The notes beneath the pieces are model-generated. The model did not search any database. It was given only the letters and a program-made list of their open reading frames with translations, and was not told where the DNA came from. From IMG/VR virus record IMGVR_UViG_2703718775_000013: a stretch of DNA of 64,000 nt; one strand, 5' to 3'. A program made the translations under genes and the position numbers. The stretch comes from a virus. Its lineage: Duplodnaviria; Heunggongvirae; Uroviricota; Caudoviricetes. Positions 34,659 through 44,332 of the stretch are shown here, in pieces. The stretch's first letter is position 1. The number at the start of each line of letters is the position of its first letter.

Positions 34659-35486
34659 TTATTTCACCGGAACAAACGGAACAGCGGTATTACTGGTCAT
34701 ATACTGCGGTAATGTACCGTTCCATTTGTTGATCGCTTCCAAGTCCATAACACCGGGGTTCTGGCGCAGAGCTTCACCACGTAAACGAATGGCATCAGCT
34801 TCGGCCTGGGCTTTTGTGCGAATAGCATCAGCCTGTCCGGCAGCTTCCGCGCGCAGCATGTTGGCCTCTGCTTCACGTTGTTTGACCTCTTGCTCGCGTT
34901 GCAGGGTTTTTTGGTTTGCCGTGACTTTGGCGTTAATACTGTCAATAACTGTTGGCGGGTATTCTGGCTTACCTACATAAGAGAGGCTCATCACCTGAAT
35001 GCCGATTGGCGTCATTTCTTCCTGAATGTCTTTAAGGGCTGCATCAAGCAATTCAGATTTGCCACCGTCGATAAATTTGTCGGTGGTCATTTTGCTGGCT
35101 AATCGGTTCAGAGCATCTGCAACCTTCTGGCGTAGATCGGTATCAGTAATATCATCTACACCTTTGCGATAGGTCTGAAATACCGTTGTGACTTTTGCTG
35201 GATCAACCTTGTAGGCTACGCCGATGTGGTAACCAATGGTTGTTCCGTCGCTCATCTGGAAGCTGAACGGCTCATCGTATGTCTTCATTTGCTTAAAGGT
35301 CGGGAAGATATAAACTTCAGTATTCAAGCCTGTCCAGTAGCGACCAACGCCAACTACTTCACCGATACCTTTATCATCCCCCAGCTTATTTACTTTGATC
35401 CCTACGTTACCTGGCTCTACCCGATCGCATCCGGTCAGACATAAAGAACCCAAAATAATCGCTGCACTAATCAACGTTTTTTTCAT
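34659..35486 (-). CDS. plp: SPFH/band-7 lipoprotein
   Basis: Lipobox LCLTGC after signal peptide; SPFH-like body. Confidence 0.65.
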   Translation of the reverse strand: MKKTLISAAIILGSLCLTGCDRVEPGNVGIKVNKLGDDKGIGEVVGVGRYWTGLNTEVYIFPTFKQMKTYDEPFSFQMSDGTTIGYHIGVAYKVDPAKVTTVFQTYRKGVDDITDTDLRQKVADALNRLASKMTTDKFIDGGKSELLDAALKDIQEEMTPIGIQVMSLSYVGKPEYPPTVIDSINAKVTANQKTLQREQEVKQREAEANMLRAEAAGQADAIRTKAQAEADAIRLRGEALRQNPGVMDLEAINKWNGTLPQYMTSNTAVPFVPVK

Positions 35487-35703
35487 TAATTAATTTCCTG
35501 GTTTTTTCACGAAAAAAGACTACTGCGAAAGCCGGGTAAATGAGCGCGAGAAGGACTCCCAACAATACAAGTATTGTGCTGTTAGATGAGATCATATTTG
35601 GCAAAAGCCAAACATACAGAACCAGTGACACAATCAAACAGAGGACGGCATAAATATATAACCGCACCCATAGCGTTCGACATTTGTTCGGATTGTTCTG
35701 CAT
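35467..35703 (-). CDS. upl: Small membrane protein
   Basis: Two hydrophobic helices. Confidence 0.4.
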   Translation of the reverse strand: MQNNPNKCRTLWVRLYIYAVLCLIVSLVLYVWLLPNMISSNSTILVLLGVLLALIYPAFAVVFFREKTRKLINEKNVD

Positions 35704-35861
35704 CCTCTCACTCCATTATTTAACGAATAAAAAAGCTGCGGTGCCGGGTTCCTCCCGGTGTCCTTTGGCTGGTTATCCACCGTGGACGTGGAAACAAGGA
35801 GAAATAATGGACAGATATAACCATTTCCCCGCGTGCGCTTAGCCGCATTCACCGCAACGGA

Positions 35862-35922
35862 AAGAGCATTCTTGGTGGACCTGTAGATTGGGATATGAAC
35901 CCGTTACAGGAGAATGCTCTTA
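35862..35922. repeat. Hairpin 1: 11-bp inverted repeat enclosing the motif GTAGATTGGGATATGAACCCGTTAC
   Basis: aagagcattct ... agaatgctctt. Confidence 0.5.
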
Positions 35923-36119
35923 CCTGTTACGTGCTCCGTTTCGTGGAGCTAACGGCGGGTGATCAGACCGCACCAGACTGGACTTATTTCAGCGTTATGC
36001 TCATGCCAGAGAATCAAACTGTGATGGTCGGTGCTGAACTCCGACACAGGGTTGTAGCAAGCCCCGCAAAGCGCGCACTACTGTAGTTGCGGCACATCAG
36101 CCTGTGCATTCACCACAAT

Positions 36120-36202
36120 GTTGAGAACACTGGTTGTCACGCAGCAACGCAACATTTATTCGTAGATTGGGATATGACCCCGTTACGCCAGTGTTCTCAA
36201 CG
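36120..36202. repeat. Hairpin 2: 14-bp inverted repeat enclosing a second copy of the same loop motif
   Basis: gttgagaacactgg ... ccagtgttctcaac. Confidence 0.5.
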
Positions 36203-36576
36203 TTGTAGTTGTTATGCGTATTCTCTTACTAACCGCACACCAATACATTTCCCATCACGTTCATTTGTCTCGAAACGTGAATACTTAAGTTCGCCGTTAA
36301 TAATCGCTGTTACAACCCGTATCCCGTTAAACGCCCACATATTTCGCTCCATTTACACACATTACCAGTCGCCGGTTACGGTTCCGGCCAGGCCTCTTCC
36401 TCAACGGGGTGTTCTCCATACGGACTACCGTTTATTGGTCGTTCCTGCGGTTTATGTTGTGAAGCCAGATGCTTATCTTCTGGTTGCTTCTAAGATCTGC
36501 ACTTCATCACAACGGTAAGAGCACTCGATGCATTTAAGCCAGGCCCCATAAGGGAGAATGCTCTTACCTGTTATGT

Positions 36577-36652
36577 TGGTGCCGATTAACGGGATCGAAC
36601 CGCTGACCATTCGCTTACAAAGCGACTGCTCTACCAACTGAGCTAAATCGGC
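36577..36652 (-). tRNA. trnT: tRNA-Thr (UGU)
   Basis: 76 nt cloverleaf, anticodon loop TTTGTAA, CCA encoded. Confidence 0.85.
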
Positions 36653-36656
36653 AATG

Positions 36657-36743
36657 TGGTGGGGAGTGATGGAGTCGAACCACCCGAGTCGCAATGACAG
36701 TAGATTTACAGTCTACCCCGCTACCCCTACGGACTAACTCCCC
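36657..36743 (-). tRNA. Type II tRNA with GUA anticodon (Tyr-like)
   Basis: 87 nt; anticodon stem-loop GTAGA-CTGTAAA-TCTAC, long variable arm, T-loop TTCGACT, CCA; D-arm imperfect. Confidence 0.5.
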
Positions 36744-36748
36744 TAAAG

Positions 36749-36823
36749 TGGCGATGGTGGGTGGATTCGAACTACCGACCAGTTGGTTAACAGCCAACTG
36801 CTCTACCGCTGAGCTACACCATC
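36749..36823 (-). tRNA. trnA: tRNA-Asn (GUU)
   Basis: 75 nt; anticodon loop CTGTTAA, T-loop TTCGAAT; one A-C mismatch in the T-stem. Confidence 0.75.
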
Positions 36824-37288
36824 ACTTGCCGGGTACGTCTCCGGCGAGGGCTTCCACCTCCGTATGCTTTTCGGCGCACCGCGCCCTGGCTGCAATTCGG
36901 TAACAGGGGATGCATAACCCTGGCTTCCAGCGTGATTAGCGCCTTCAGCATGACGGGATATACCCGTAAATTCGTGGAACTGTACCCAAAGTGCTGTTAA
37001 GCACCGCTGTTACGCTGAAAAGAAAACGCAACAGGAAAGGACGCTGACCAACAGATGGCCCCTTCTCGTTCATCTGGTTAATCACACCAGCGCCCTTACC
37101 TGTTGTGCCTCCCCGTTCCCTAATACACAGACGGGGACACTCTGCGGTCGATTTTTTGACGGGGGACGACTCATACCCCATGGCATCTGGCTTCTTAGGC
37201 CGCTACCATCATCAGATCATCGTTTGCATTTACTTTAATGGTCAGTTTCTAAACCGCCGCAAAGTCGCTAACCATGACGAAAACCCTG

Positions 37289-37314
37289 AAAAAAACGCCC
37301 ACCCGAAGATGGGC
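37289..37314 (-). terminator. Intrinsic terminator about 170 nt downstream of the C1-controlled promoter
   Basis: Minus strand GCCCATC-TTCG-GGTGGGC followed by U7. Confidence 0.6.
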
Positions 37315-37465
37315 AAACTGGACGCTCGTAACGCACTTCGGCGTTGCCACTTAGGCGCATGGTCAACCTGGCAACTCGGTGGTTTGTCTGGGAGGACTAG
37401 GCCCAGCCATGCTTACCGCCGCGCCTGTCGCGGCTAACAGCTAAATCGCTCTATAAATCACGATT

Positions 37466-37505
37466 CATTGAGGTAATATTACACTAATAAATTTATTAGA
37501 GCAAT
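37466..37505 (-). promoter_or_regulatory. C1 operator (17/17) overlapping a sigma70-like promoter, reading toward the tRNA cluster
   Basis: Minus strand ATTGCTCTAATAAATTT; TTGCTC -35, 17-bp spacer, TAATAT -10. Confidence 0.7.
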
Positions 37506-40500
37506 ATACCCAAAACGTCATGAGCTACACCTCGAGTGTCCCCCTTACAAGACACAGAACGTCTGGCAAAAAGAGGTTCCACTCTGAAGCCACTGTCATG
37601 ATAAAGCTCTCTGATGTTTGGCGCGCCACTGTTAGTAATGAGAACCTTTGCACCTCGACGATGAGCATCCGTCAACAGAGACACCAGGCGTTTTTGCTCT
37701 TCAAACTTAAAGTCATGACCGGAATAGTTCGTGAATCCCTCTGTATTTGGAAGCGGTTCATACGGCGGATCGCAAAAGATGACATCTCCTTCTCCGGCAG
37801 CTTCAATCACCGCTGCAAAATCACCGCATACAAACTCAGACCGCCCTTCCGCACCGAGGAAGGCTTCCATCTCCTGTAATGGGAAATACGGAGTTTTATA
37901 CTTCCCATAACCGACATTGAACTCACCGGCCTGGTTGTAACGCGTCAATCCGTTAAAACAATGTCGGTTCAGGAACAAAAACGCCGCTGCGCGATGTAAA
38001 TCATCATAGACTTGTTTGTTAAACGCATTCCGTACTGCCAGGTATCCTTCCTGTGTGTTGTAGTCCTGGAAGAAACGATGTGCCAGAGTGATAAGTGAAT
38101 GCGCCTCGCGTTGCAGAGTCTTGTAAAAGTTAATCAGGTCAGCATTCACATCATTTAGCAGATTTTCCTGGTATCCGGCATTCATGAAGACAGCTCCGCC
38201 ACCAACGAAAGGTTCAATCAGGCGCTTCCCTTCTGGCAAATAGCGAAAGATTTGTTCCAGAACACCAAATTTTCCACCAGCCCATTTGAATATGGACCGT
38301 TCGAATTCTGCCGCTGGTTTAACTTTTCGCTCTTTTGTTTCACTTCCTTCTTTCTGCCGACATACGGCCTTAGTAATCCGATCGCCAATCCAGCGCATTA
38401 CTGGTATTGCCATACTATTGCCGATCGCTTTGTAACGCGGTCCGTCAGCTGCAAGCATTGCGGCCTCTTCTTCGCTTAAATCTGGATAGTGATTGTGCAG
38501 ATATGCCAGTTCATCTGAATTAACTTTTTTACGCTTTTCCGTAGGGATCAACGTATGCCAATCAGGAAAACCTTGCAGCCTTTCACATTCGACAGGGGTA
38601 AGACGGCGCATTCTACCGTCGCCGAGCAATACAATTGGTGCTTCATGGTTACATGTCAAAGTTGGTGCCGAATTATCGGTTTTTATCTCAGCCCCTCCTT
38701 GCCCATGTGCCATGGCAATTATGTTTGTATCATCGCAAGTTCTGATAGCGATGTTTGAAGTATATCTGGTAGTTTCCTTCCCCTCGCCTCTGCTCGGCGC
38801 AATATTCCGGCGCACGCCTTCGAACTCAAAAAGTACCGTTGCGGGATCGAGATCTGTTCGAGCACTTGCGACAACAAACACGCGTCGGCGTCGTTGTGCC
38901 ACTCCGAAGTATTGGGCATCAAGGATTCTCCAGGCCACTTTTCGCTGCGGTCCATAAATACAACCACACTGCGGCCACTTTGGAACATGGCAACCGGTTT
39001 TGCCATCCCACCGCCAGAACGCGTTGCTTTTTCCTGATTCAGGTCGATCACCTGGTTCAAATGGCACATCTTCTCCAGCCAATCCGGCAAGGAAACATCC
39101 GAAGGCGTTATCTGCCGATGACAAGACTCCTGGGACATTTTCCCAGACGATAACGGCTGGTTTGAGAAATGACTCAGCCCGTTTGTCGTCAATTGCATTT
39201 GCAAGCTCCACATACTTTAAAGTTAGCGCGCCACGCTCATCATCAAGCCCACCACGTAATCCCGCGATACTGAATGCCTGACAGTTATGGACCACCGCAC
39301 CATTGAGGATATAGGAATGATCACCTTCGACTTCTATGTTGTATACAGTATCTAGGCCTACCGATTTAAACTCTTTGACTGTTCGTAAAAGCATTCCATG
39401 AGCCAATCTTGATTTACGTGACAATTTCTGCGGGCAGATTGTTACCTGATAATAATTCCGTTGATTTACCACGCGATCCTCGATCACTTTTTTGGGCTCA
39501 ACTTCAATAAAGCTGACCGAAGAAACATAACCACAAGTCTGTGACAACCCCGCAACGCCCCAAGCAAGCGCAGAACTAACACTATTAATTCTAAATCCCG
39601 CTTTACCACTTGGTGTCCCATCAGTATCAAGATAGCCTTGTAAAAACACATGACGCAATGGATGCGACATCACCCATGCAGGGATACGCTTAGCATGGCT
39701 TAACTCGCCAAAATGTTCATTAAGCCAATTGGCATAACACGTATCATTCAAGGTTACTTTGATGCTCCCTCGGATTTCGCTTGCCACGGAAAATATGTTT
39801 TCTGGTATGCGGCAATGAAACTTTCTCAATTTCTGGCAATTTATGCCAAAAACAACCGCCTTCTTAGATTTACCTCTCCATCTCCTAATATATCCATCGC
39901 CAACATAAGCGCCCGCAAGATACATAGCCTGTTCTTCAGACAAGAACCGAGAACAAATATCTGGAAATGCAATATTGAAATTAGTTAGAGCGCACCATTG
40001 ATATCCCGGCATATCACATGCTGCTCGCCATTCCGGTTCAGACAACAACTCTCTCTTAAAATATGTGCCATTTTTCCGGGTGTTTTGGGCTTTCCACCGA
40101 ACAGCCAGGAAGGGATGGTCATTGGTTGTTCTTATACCTAAAGGCTGCCCAACGGCATTAAGTAACCCCGTATTAGCTATTTTTGAACCAACTCTTTTTA
40201 CTTGTTGTAACCGCCCGAGATGACTGACTACGTAATCACCAGGGCAAACATTTTCTATTGGTTTATAGCCATTTTTACAAAGAACCATATGCCCCGCGGT
40301 AAAACATGGTGTTCCCCCGACGAGCACGTCAGGGGATTCGATTTCCCCAGCCAAGACTTTTTTGGCAAGTTTTTTCATGTCGCCAAGGTTGGCAACATGG
40401 GGCCAGCGGAGCGCAAGAACGGCCGATGGAAAAGGCTCGATTTCAGCAAACCACGCCGGACGCATACCCAACGGTTCCCAGGCAATACTCGCGGCTTCAA

Positions 40501-40537
40501 TTCCACTGCAAACAGATCCATAGCACAGCTCTTTCAC
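37496..40537 (-). CDS. dmt: Dmt, bifunctional DNA methyltransferase (C5-cytosine N-terminal, Dam-like C-terminal), interrupted by an intein
   Basis: C5 motifs GSVCSGIE and ENVPG; catalytic [12 protein letters not shown] split by the intein; C-terminal KWAGGK and CDPPY of Dam-class MTases. Confidence 0.85.
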   Translation of the reverse strand: MKELCYGSVCSGIEAASIAWEPLGMRPAWFAEIEPFPSAVLALRWPHVANLGDMKKLAKKVLAGEIESPDVLVGGTPCFTAGHMVLCKNGYKPIENVCPGDYVVSHLGRLQQVKRVGSKIANTGLLNAVGQPLGIRTTNDHPFLAVRWKAQNTRKNGTYFKRELLSEPEWRAACDMPGYQWCALTNFNIAFPDICSRFLSEEQAMYLAGAYVGDGYIRRWRGKSKKAVVFGINCQKLRKFHCRIPENIFSVASEIRGSIKVTLNDTCYANWLNEHFGELSHAKRIPAWVMSHPLRHVFLQGYLDTDGTPSGKAGFRINSVSSALAWGVAGLSQTCGYVSSVSFIEVEPKKVIEDRVVNQRNYYQVTICPQKLSRKSRLAHGMLLRTVKEFKSVGLDTVYNIEVEGDHSYILNGAVVHNCQAFSIAGLRGGLDDERGALTLKYVELANAIDDKRAESFLKPAVIVWENVPGVLSSADNAFGCFLAGLAGEDVPFEPGDRPESGKSNAFWRWDGKTGCHVPKWPQCGCIYGPQRKVAWRILDAQYFGVAQRRRRVFVVASARTDLDPATVLFEFEGVRRNIAPSRGEGKETTRYTSNIAIRTCDDTNIIAMAHGQGGAEIKTDNSAPTLTCNHEAPIVLLGDGRMRRLTPVECERLQGFPDWHTLIPTEKRKKVNSDELAYLHNHYPDLSEEEAAMLAADGPRYKAIGNSMAIPVMRWIGDRITKAVCRQKEGSETKERKVKPAAEFERSIFKWAGGKFGVLEQIFRYLPEGKRLIEPFVGGGAVFMNAGYQENLLNDVNADLINFYKTLQREAHSLITLAHRFFQDYNTQEGYLAVRNAFNKQVYDDLHRAAAFLFLNRHCFNGLTRYNQAGEFNVGYGKYKTPYFPLQEMEAFLGAEGRSEFVCGDFAAVIEAAGEGDVIFCDPPYEPLPNTEGFTNYSGHDFKFEEQKRLVSLLTDAHRRGAKVLITNSGAPNIRELYHDSGFRVEPLFARRSVSCKGDTRGVAHDVLGILL
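39284..40306 (-). mobile_element. Intein (341 aa) with LAGLIDADG homing-endonuclease domain inside dmt
   Basis: Starts [10 protein letters not shown] (Cys1), TNDH block B, LAGLIDADG motifs [12 protein letters not shown] and [11 protein letters not shown], ends NGAVVHN followed by +1 Cys. Confidence 0.8.
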
Positions 40538-41439
40538 TGCTTAGCCTCTCCGCCAAGGGCATTTACCAGAGCATCAACCAGGCACGAAATTTCACTGGTC
40601 AACAGGAAGAAATCTGCGTCCAGTCGCTGCGCAACATCTTCACTATCAATATCAGAGTTCTGCTCAAGCAATTCATCCGCAAATTTGACGCTGGTAAGGC
40701 TGAAGTTATGGTCCAGTGTAAATTTAATGCGGTTCTGCCAGTCGAGTGCCAACTTAGTGACGAGCTTGCCAGCTTCCAGGTGTGTGGAAATTTCATCGCT
40801 TCCCAAATCCTGCTTTTTCACTCGGGCAATACCGCCATCCTCAAGCACTGCCTTAAGTTCTGCCGCATCCCCCATTTGAAATCCCTGTGGAGCACTACCA
40901 TCACGTACCCAGTCGGTCAGCGTTAATTCAATGGGATTTTCAACACTCAGGGAAACAGCAGGAAGAGAACCCAGAGACTTACGCATAAGCGCGAGCATAT
41001 CCTCTGCCTGCCGCGCGCTGGCATTGATATAGATACGTTTAGTTGAACCGTCGTAGATCGCCTGGATAACAGAAAACTTTGAAAAAGCCCGTGGCAGAAG
41101 AGAATGCAGAACTTCGTCTTTCAGGGAGTCCTTCTCTGTTTTCTTCAGTTTACGCGCTTGTTCTTGCTCAAGTTTTTCAATTTTTTCTTGAATAGCTCGC
41201 TGGATAACCGGCGGGGGAAGAATTTTTGTTTCGCGCTTTGCTTCAACAAGGATAAAACCATTTCCATGCATAGCGATAACTTCAGAATTATCACCAAATG
41301 GCGATACAAAACCGAACTTGGCCATATCCTGACTACCGCATGGCGTGAAAAGGATCATTTTCTTTTTATCTTCTAAGTCGGTCAGATCCGCCTCACGAGA
41401 AAGTTTATAAATAGTAATGTTTTTCCAGTGCTTAAACAT
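40534..41439 (-). CDS. hrdC: RdgC-like recombination-associated protein
   Basis: About 301 aa from Met [13 protein letters not shown], parallel to E. coli RdgC. Confidence 0.7.
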   Translation of the reverse strand: MFKHWKNITIYKLSREADLTDLEDKKKMILFTPCGSQDMAKFGFVSPFGDNSEVIAMHGNGFILVEAKRETKILPPPVIQRAIQEKIEKLEQEQARKLKKTEKDSLKDEVLHSLLPRAFSKFSVIQAIYDGSTKRIYINASARQAEDMLALMRKSLGSLPAVSLSVENPIELTLTDWVRDGSAPQGFQMGDAAELKAVLEDGGIARVKKQDLGSDEISTHLEAGKLVTKLALDWQNRIKFTLDHNFSLTSVKFADELLEQNSDIDSEDVAQRLDADFFLLTSEISCLVDALVNALGGEAKQ

Positions 41440-41788
41440 GTTGTAACCCTTGAATATCAACCACAGAAAGCTCGTCTTTGTAGAAAAAGGCCAGGTTGTG
41501 GCACCCCCTCGTTTGAGCGTATGAGCTGGGACCAATTTCGTTCTTCCAGACAAATGGCTTCAAATCCGTACGGCGAAGCATAAAAACGCGATTTATTCCG
41601 CTCTGATTCCCAATGAGGCAAAAGCCTTCTTTCACCTTGATAGCCTGCAAGTTGTCGAGTTCACCGCTGGTTACACGGCTATCGAACTCTTTGCGGCTTA
41701 TTAGCTCCATCTGCATCTGACGACTCCAAACAAATGCCCATTGAAGGGCGATGGCTGAATGGTACCGAAAATACGACATAAAAAACAA
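41432..41788 (-). CDS. uhr: Hypothetical protein upstream of hrdC
   Basis: ORF only; start uncertain. Confidence 0.35.
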   Translation of the reverse strand: MFFMSYFRYHSAIALQWAFVWSRQMQMELISRKEFDSRVTSGELDNLQAIKVKEGFCLIGNQSGINRVFMLRRTDLKPFVWKNEIGPSSYAQTRGCHNLAFFYKDELSVVDIQGLQHV

Positions 41789-41804
41789 TATTTATTAGAG
41801 CAAT
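41788..41804. promoter_or_regulatory. C1 operator (16/17) heading the uhr-hrdC-dmt operon
   Basis: atatttattagagcaat. Confidence 0.65.
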
Positions 41805-41885
41805 TTTGCGATAAGTAAACGCCATACAGACCACAAATAACCTAAGTTAAAATAACGAAAATCAGAGCAAATAATTGGTGATGGC

Positions 41886-42170
41886 GTGGCAAGCATTGCA
41901 ACAAAAGACAGCATTTGTTCGGGGCACGGAGGATTCCCATCCAGGCCTCCTGTAGAGAGTGAACCACTACTTAAAGTCAACGGAGTCGAAGTGTTAGTTG
42001 ATGGTAAGCAATATGCACAGCATACCGATGGAAACAGTACGCACGGTGGGCAAGCTATATCAACCAGGGCATGGTTTACCGTCAATGGTAAAGGGATCGT
42101 ATGCGTTGGTGACCCTGTTTCATGCGGATCTACCGTAGCGTCCGGAGACGGCCTGGTTCAGGTAAGTTAG
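41886..42170 (+). CDS. PAAR-like protein (94 aa)
   Basis: SGHGG ... VNGKGIVCVGDPVSCGS repeat pattern typical of PAAR domains. Confidence 0.55.
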   Translation: MASIATKDSICSGHGGFPSRPPVESEPLLKVNGVEVLVDGKQYAQHTDGNSTHGGQAISTRAWFTVNGKGIVCVGDPVSCGSTVASGDGLVQVS

Positions 42171-42178
42171 GAGATATC

Positions 42179-42967
42179 ATGCTGGAAAAAGACTACCAGT
42201 TATCCGCATATAAAAAATTGGCCGCCGCCGGTGGGATGAAAACACCTGGTGCCATAACATCGGCACGAAACAGTGCTAACACAGCAAAACTGCTTGCAGA
42301 AGAATTGACCGGATTAATTCTGGATACAATTGTCTATCCCGACACTATTACCAGCTATGTTTCAACGATCAGAACAACCACAACCGGCTTAACGAACATT
42401 GGAGAACTGGCAACTAAGCACGCGGACCTGTTGGCTGGTTATGCAGATCTGTCAATGCTGCTTCAACTCGATATTGGTTGGGATGTTTACTGCCGTGCTA
42501 ATGAGCGAGAAGTTTCAGAACTGCCGATCTCTATTGCCATTGGTGATGTGAATATTACTAAATCGCTTGAGGACGCTGTTAACGCGCTTAATACATCAAG
42601 TTTAGTCGCTGCAATGGGGGAGATTAACCAGGCCCTTAACACTGGCTCAGAAAGCTCGTCAGGCTCTGGTTCAGGCGGCGGCACTGCCACTCCCCCACCA
42701 GCACTAACAGAAGAGCAAATTGAATCTCTGAAAGTAGCAACTGAACAGTTTGGGGTTGTTTTCAACCAGACAACAGCACCCACAACTGCGTTACAACAGC
42801 AGTATGAACGAGCGAATGAAAGCGCCAACGTAGCCATAACTGCTTATAACCATGCTATCGGTACCGCGCTTGCGGAAGCATCAGCAAATAAGGCCAGCAC
42901 AGCCAGCGCAGTCGCCGCTTTGGTTCCTGATTCTGTTCTTGATGAATTAAACAAAGCGGCACGGTAA
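42179..42967 (+). CDS. Hypothetical protein with Gly/Ser-rich linker
   Basis: ATG at 42179 behind AGGAG. Confidence 0.35.
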   Translation: MLEKDYQLSAYKKLAAAGGMKTPGAITSARNSANTAKLLAEELTGLILDTIVYPDTITSYVSTIRTTTTGLTNIGELATKHADLLAGYADLSMLLQLDIGWDVYCRANEREVSELPISIAIGDVNITKSLEDAVNALNTSSLVAAMGEINQALNTGSESSSGSGSGGGTATPPPALTEEQIESLKVATEQFGVVFNQTTAPTTALQQQYERANESANVAITAYNHAIGTALAEASANKASTASAVAALVPDSVLDELNKAAR

Positions 42968-43006
42968 CAAAGGACTTCATTGATAATTTTTCTTCAGGAG
43001 GAAGAC

Positions 43007-43429
43007 ATGTCATTCTTTTCTACGTTAAAAACAGCTTTGTCTTTGAAGGAGAAACTTGCTGCTACTGGTGTTCTTGTTCTGATTTGCGCACTTGTTGGTG
43101 CTGGGTTTGCATGGGAACGTCATCAGCTAAAGCAAGCCATGGAGAAAATTGGCAGTCTTGATCAGGCTGTTAAGGAACGTGATAAGTCAATAATGGATCT
43201 TAACCAGACCATTGAGACGATGAACAAAGCAGAGCAACATTTTCACAGCCAGGAAGTGAAAAATGAATCAGAACAAGCCAAATATGCTGACAGGCAAATG
43301 GAACGAAAAGCTGAAGTTCAGAAACAACTGGTTGCGGCGGGTAATGTTCGCCAGCGCATTCCTGCTGACACTCAGCGGTTGCTCCGGGAGTCGATCAGCG
43401 AATTTAACGCCGACGCCGACAAAGGTTAA
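43007..43429 (+). CDS. i-spanin (Rz-like)
   Basis: N-terminal TM helix then coiled-coil; contains the embedded lipoprotein gene. Confidence 0.55.
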   Translation: MSFFSTLKTALSLKEKLAATGVLVLICALVGAGFAWERHQLKQAMEKIGSLDQAVKERDKSIMDLNQTIETMNKAEQHFHSQEVKNESEQAKYADRQMERKAEVQKQLVAAGNVRQRIPADTQRLLRESISEFNADADKG

Positions 43430-43595
43430 CCACCCTGCCCCCAAAAGTGCGTTTATGTGCAGGATGCCAGAGTTTAGCAGTGAATATTTTGATGATCTGC
43501 CAGCGTATATCCTCGATACAGAAACGATGCTGATGGGGATTAACAGGAAGAATCGCAACGTTAATGATTACAACCGCGCTATCAGCGGTAACTAA
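43344..43595 (+). CDS. o-spanin (Rz1-like lipoprotein) overlapping the i-spanin in another frame
   Basis: MFASAFLLTLSGC lipobox; Pro-rich mature part. Confidence 0.55.
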   Translation: MFASAFLLTLSGCSGSRSANLTPTPTKVNHPAPKSAFMCRMPEFSSEYFDDLPAYILDTETMLMGINRKNRNVNDYNRAISGN

Positions 43596-43606
43596 AAGGG
43601 ATTTTT

Positions 43607-43999
43607 ATGTCTGATAAAGTAACAGTAAAGCAAACTATCAACAAAGCGACTTCAATTTACAAAATTGAGCACATCACTGTTGGCAAGCCAGGATCTGAAC
43701 AATACCGTCATGCTTTCGAGCTTGCCGATCAGCTTGGTTTAAAACACCCGGATTGCATCGAGCATGTATTTCCGACCTATGCTGATGAGCAATGTACTCA
43801 TGTTCTTACCGAAGAGGATTTTTTCAGCACTGAAGAACGAGAAGGCGTTGATCGCTGCATTGGTGTGATTTGCTCTTCAGTGAGTTATGAGTTATTCCCT
43901 AATGTCCATGAAAATGGTGGTATTGGATACCAATTCCTGTACGAAGGCGATGAGCTTAAATGTTATGAACATGGTCTTCTTATCGAAAGCGTAGAATAA
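43607..43999 (+). CDS. Hypothetical protein (130 aa)
   Basis: ORF only. Confidence 0.35.
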   Translation: MSDKVTVKQTINKATSIYKIEHITVGKPGSEQYRHAFELADQLGLKHPDCIEHVFPTYADEQCTHVLTEEDFFSTEEREGVDRCIGVICSSVSYELFPNVHENGGIGYQFLYEGDELKCYEHGLLIESVE

Positions 44000-44041
44000 T
44001 ACCCTTCCTTCCAACCGGCTATGTTGGCCGGTTTATTCAAC

Positions 44042-44262
44042 TTATCCACAGCATAGATCCAATAAACAGATCCTAAAGAGAACCCAGGAAGATCCAAAGA
44101 AGATCCCGGATCGCTGTAAGCCGCGCCATTTCTGGCCTGAAATGGGATCAACATTGACTATACGCGATTTTATGTTGACTGTGCACGATTTATTGTTGAC
44201 TGCACGCGATTTATTGTTGACTATATGCGACAGAAACATTGACTGTACGCGATTTTAGAGCC
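44042..44262. other. oriR: Plasmid origin oriR: DnaA box, five GATC sites, five direct iterons
   Basis: TTATCCACA at 44042; GATC at 44055-44112; iterons TTGACTRTRCRCGATTT at about 21-bp spacing, 44153-44257. Confidence 0.7.
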
Positions 44263-44332
44263 TGACTATTCACAGTTGTTGATAACTGCAATCCAGATGA
44301 CGCCAGGCCGCGCCACATATGGAGAAACCACG

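Noticed and set aside
36087..36518. 143-aa plus-strand ORF in the tci-equivalent interval
   Set aside because: Ser/Arg/His-rich low-complexity translation on the strand opposite to the surrounding operon; overlaps the hairpin repeats.
35862..36576. Possible CRISPR array suggested by repeated 20-25-nt motifs
   Set aside because: Only two copies of each motif, irregular spacing, embedded in different inverted repeats, no cas genes; treated as hairpin repeats instead.
37496..40537. Reading the 1013-aa ORF as two fused or separate methyltransferase genes plus an unrelated insert
   Set aside because: Single continuous frame; the insert has exact intein splice-junction residues and its removal restores the PCQ motif.
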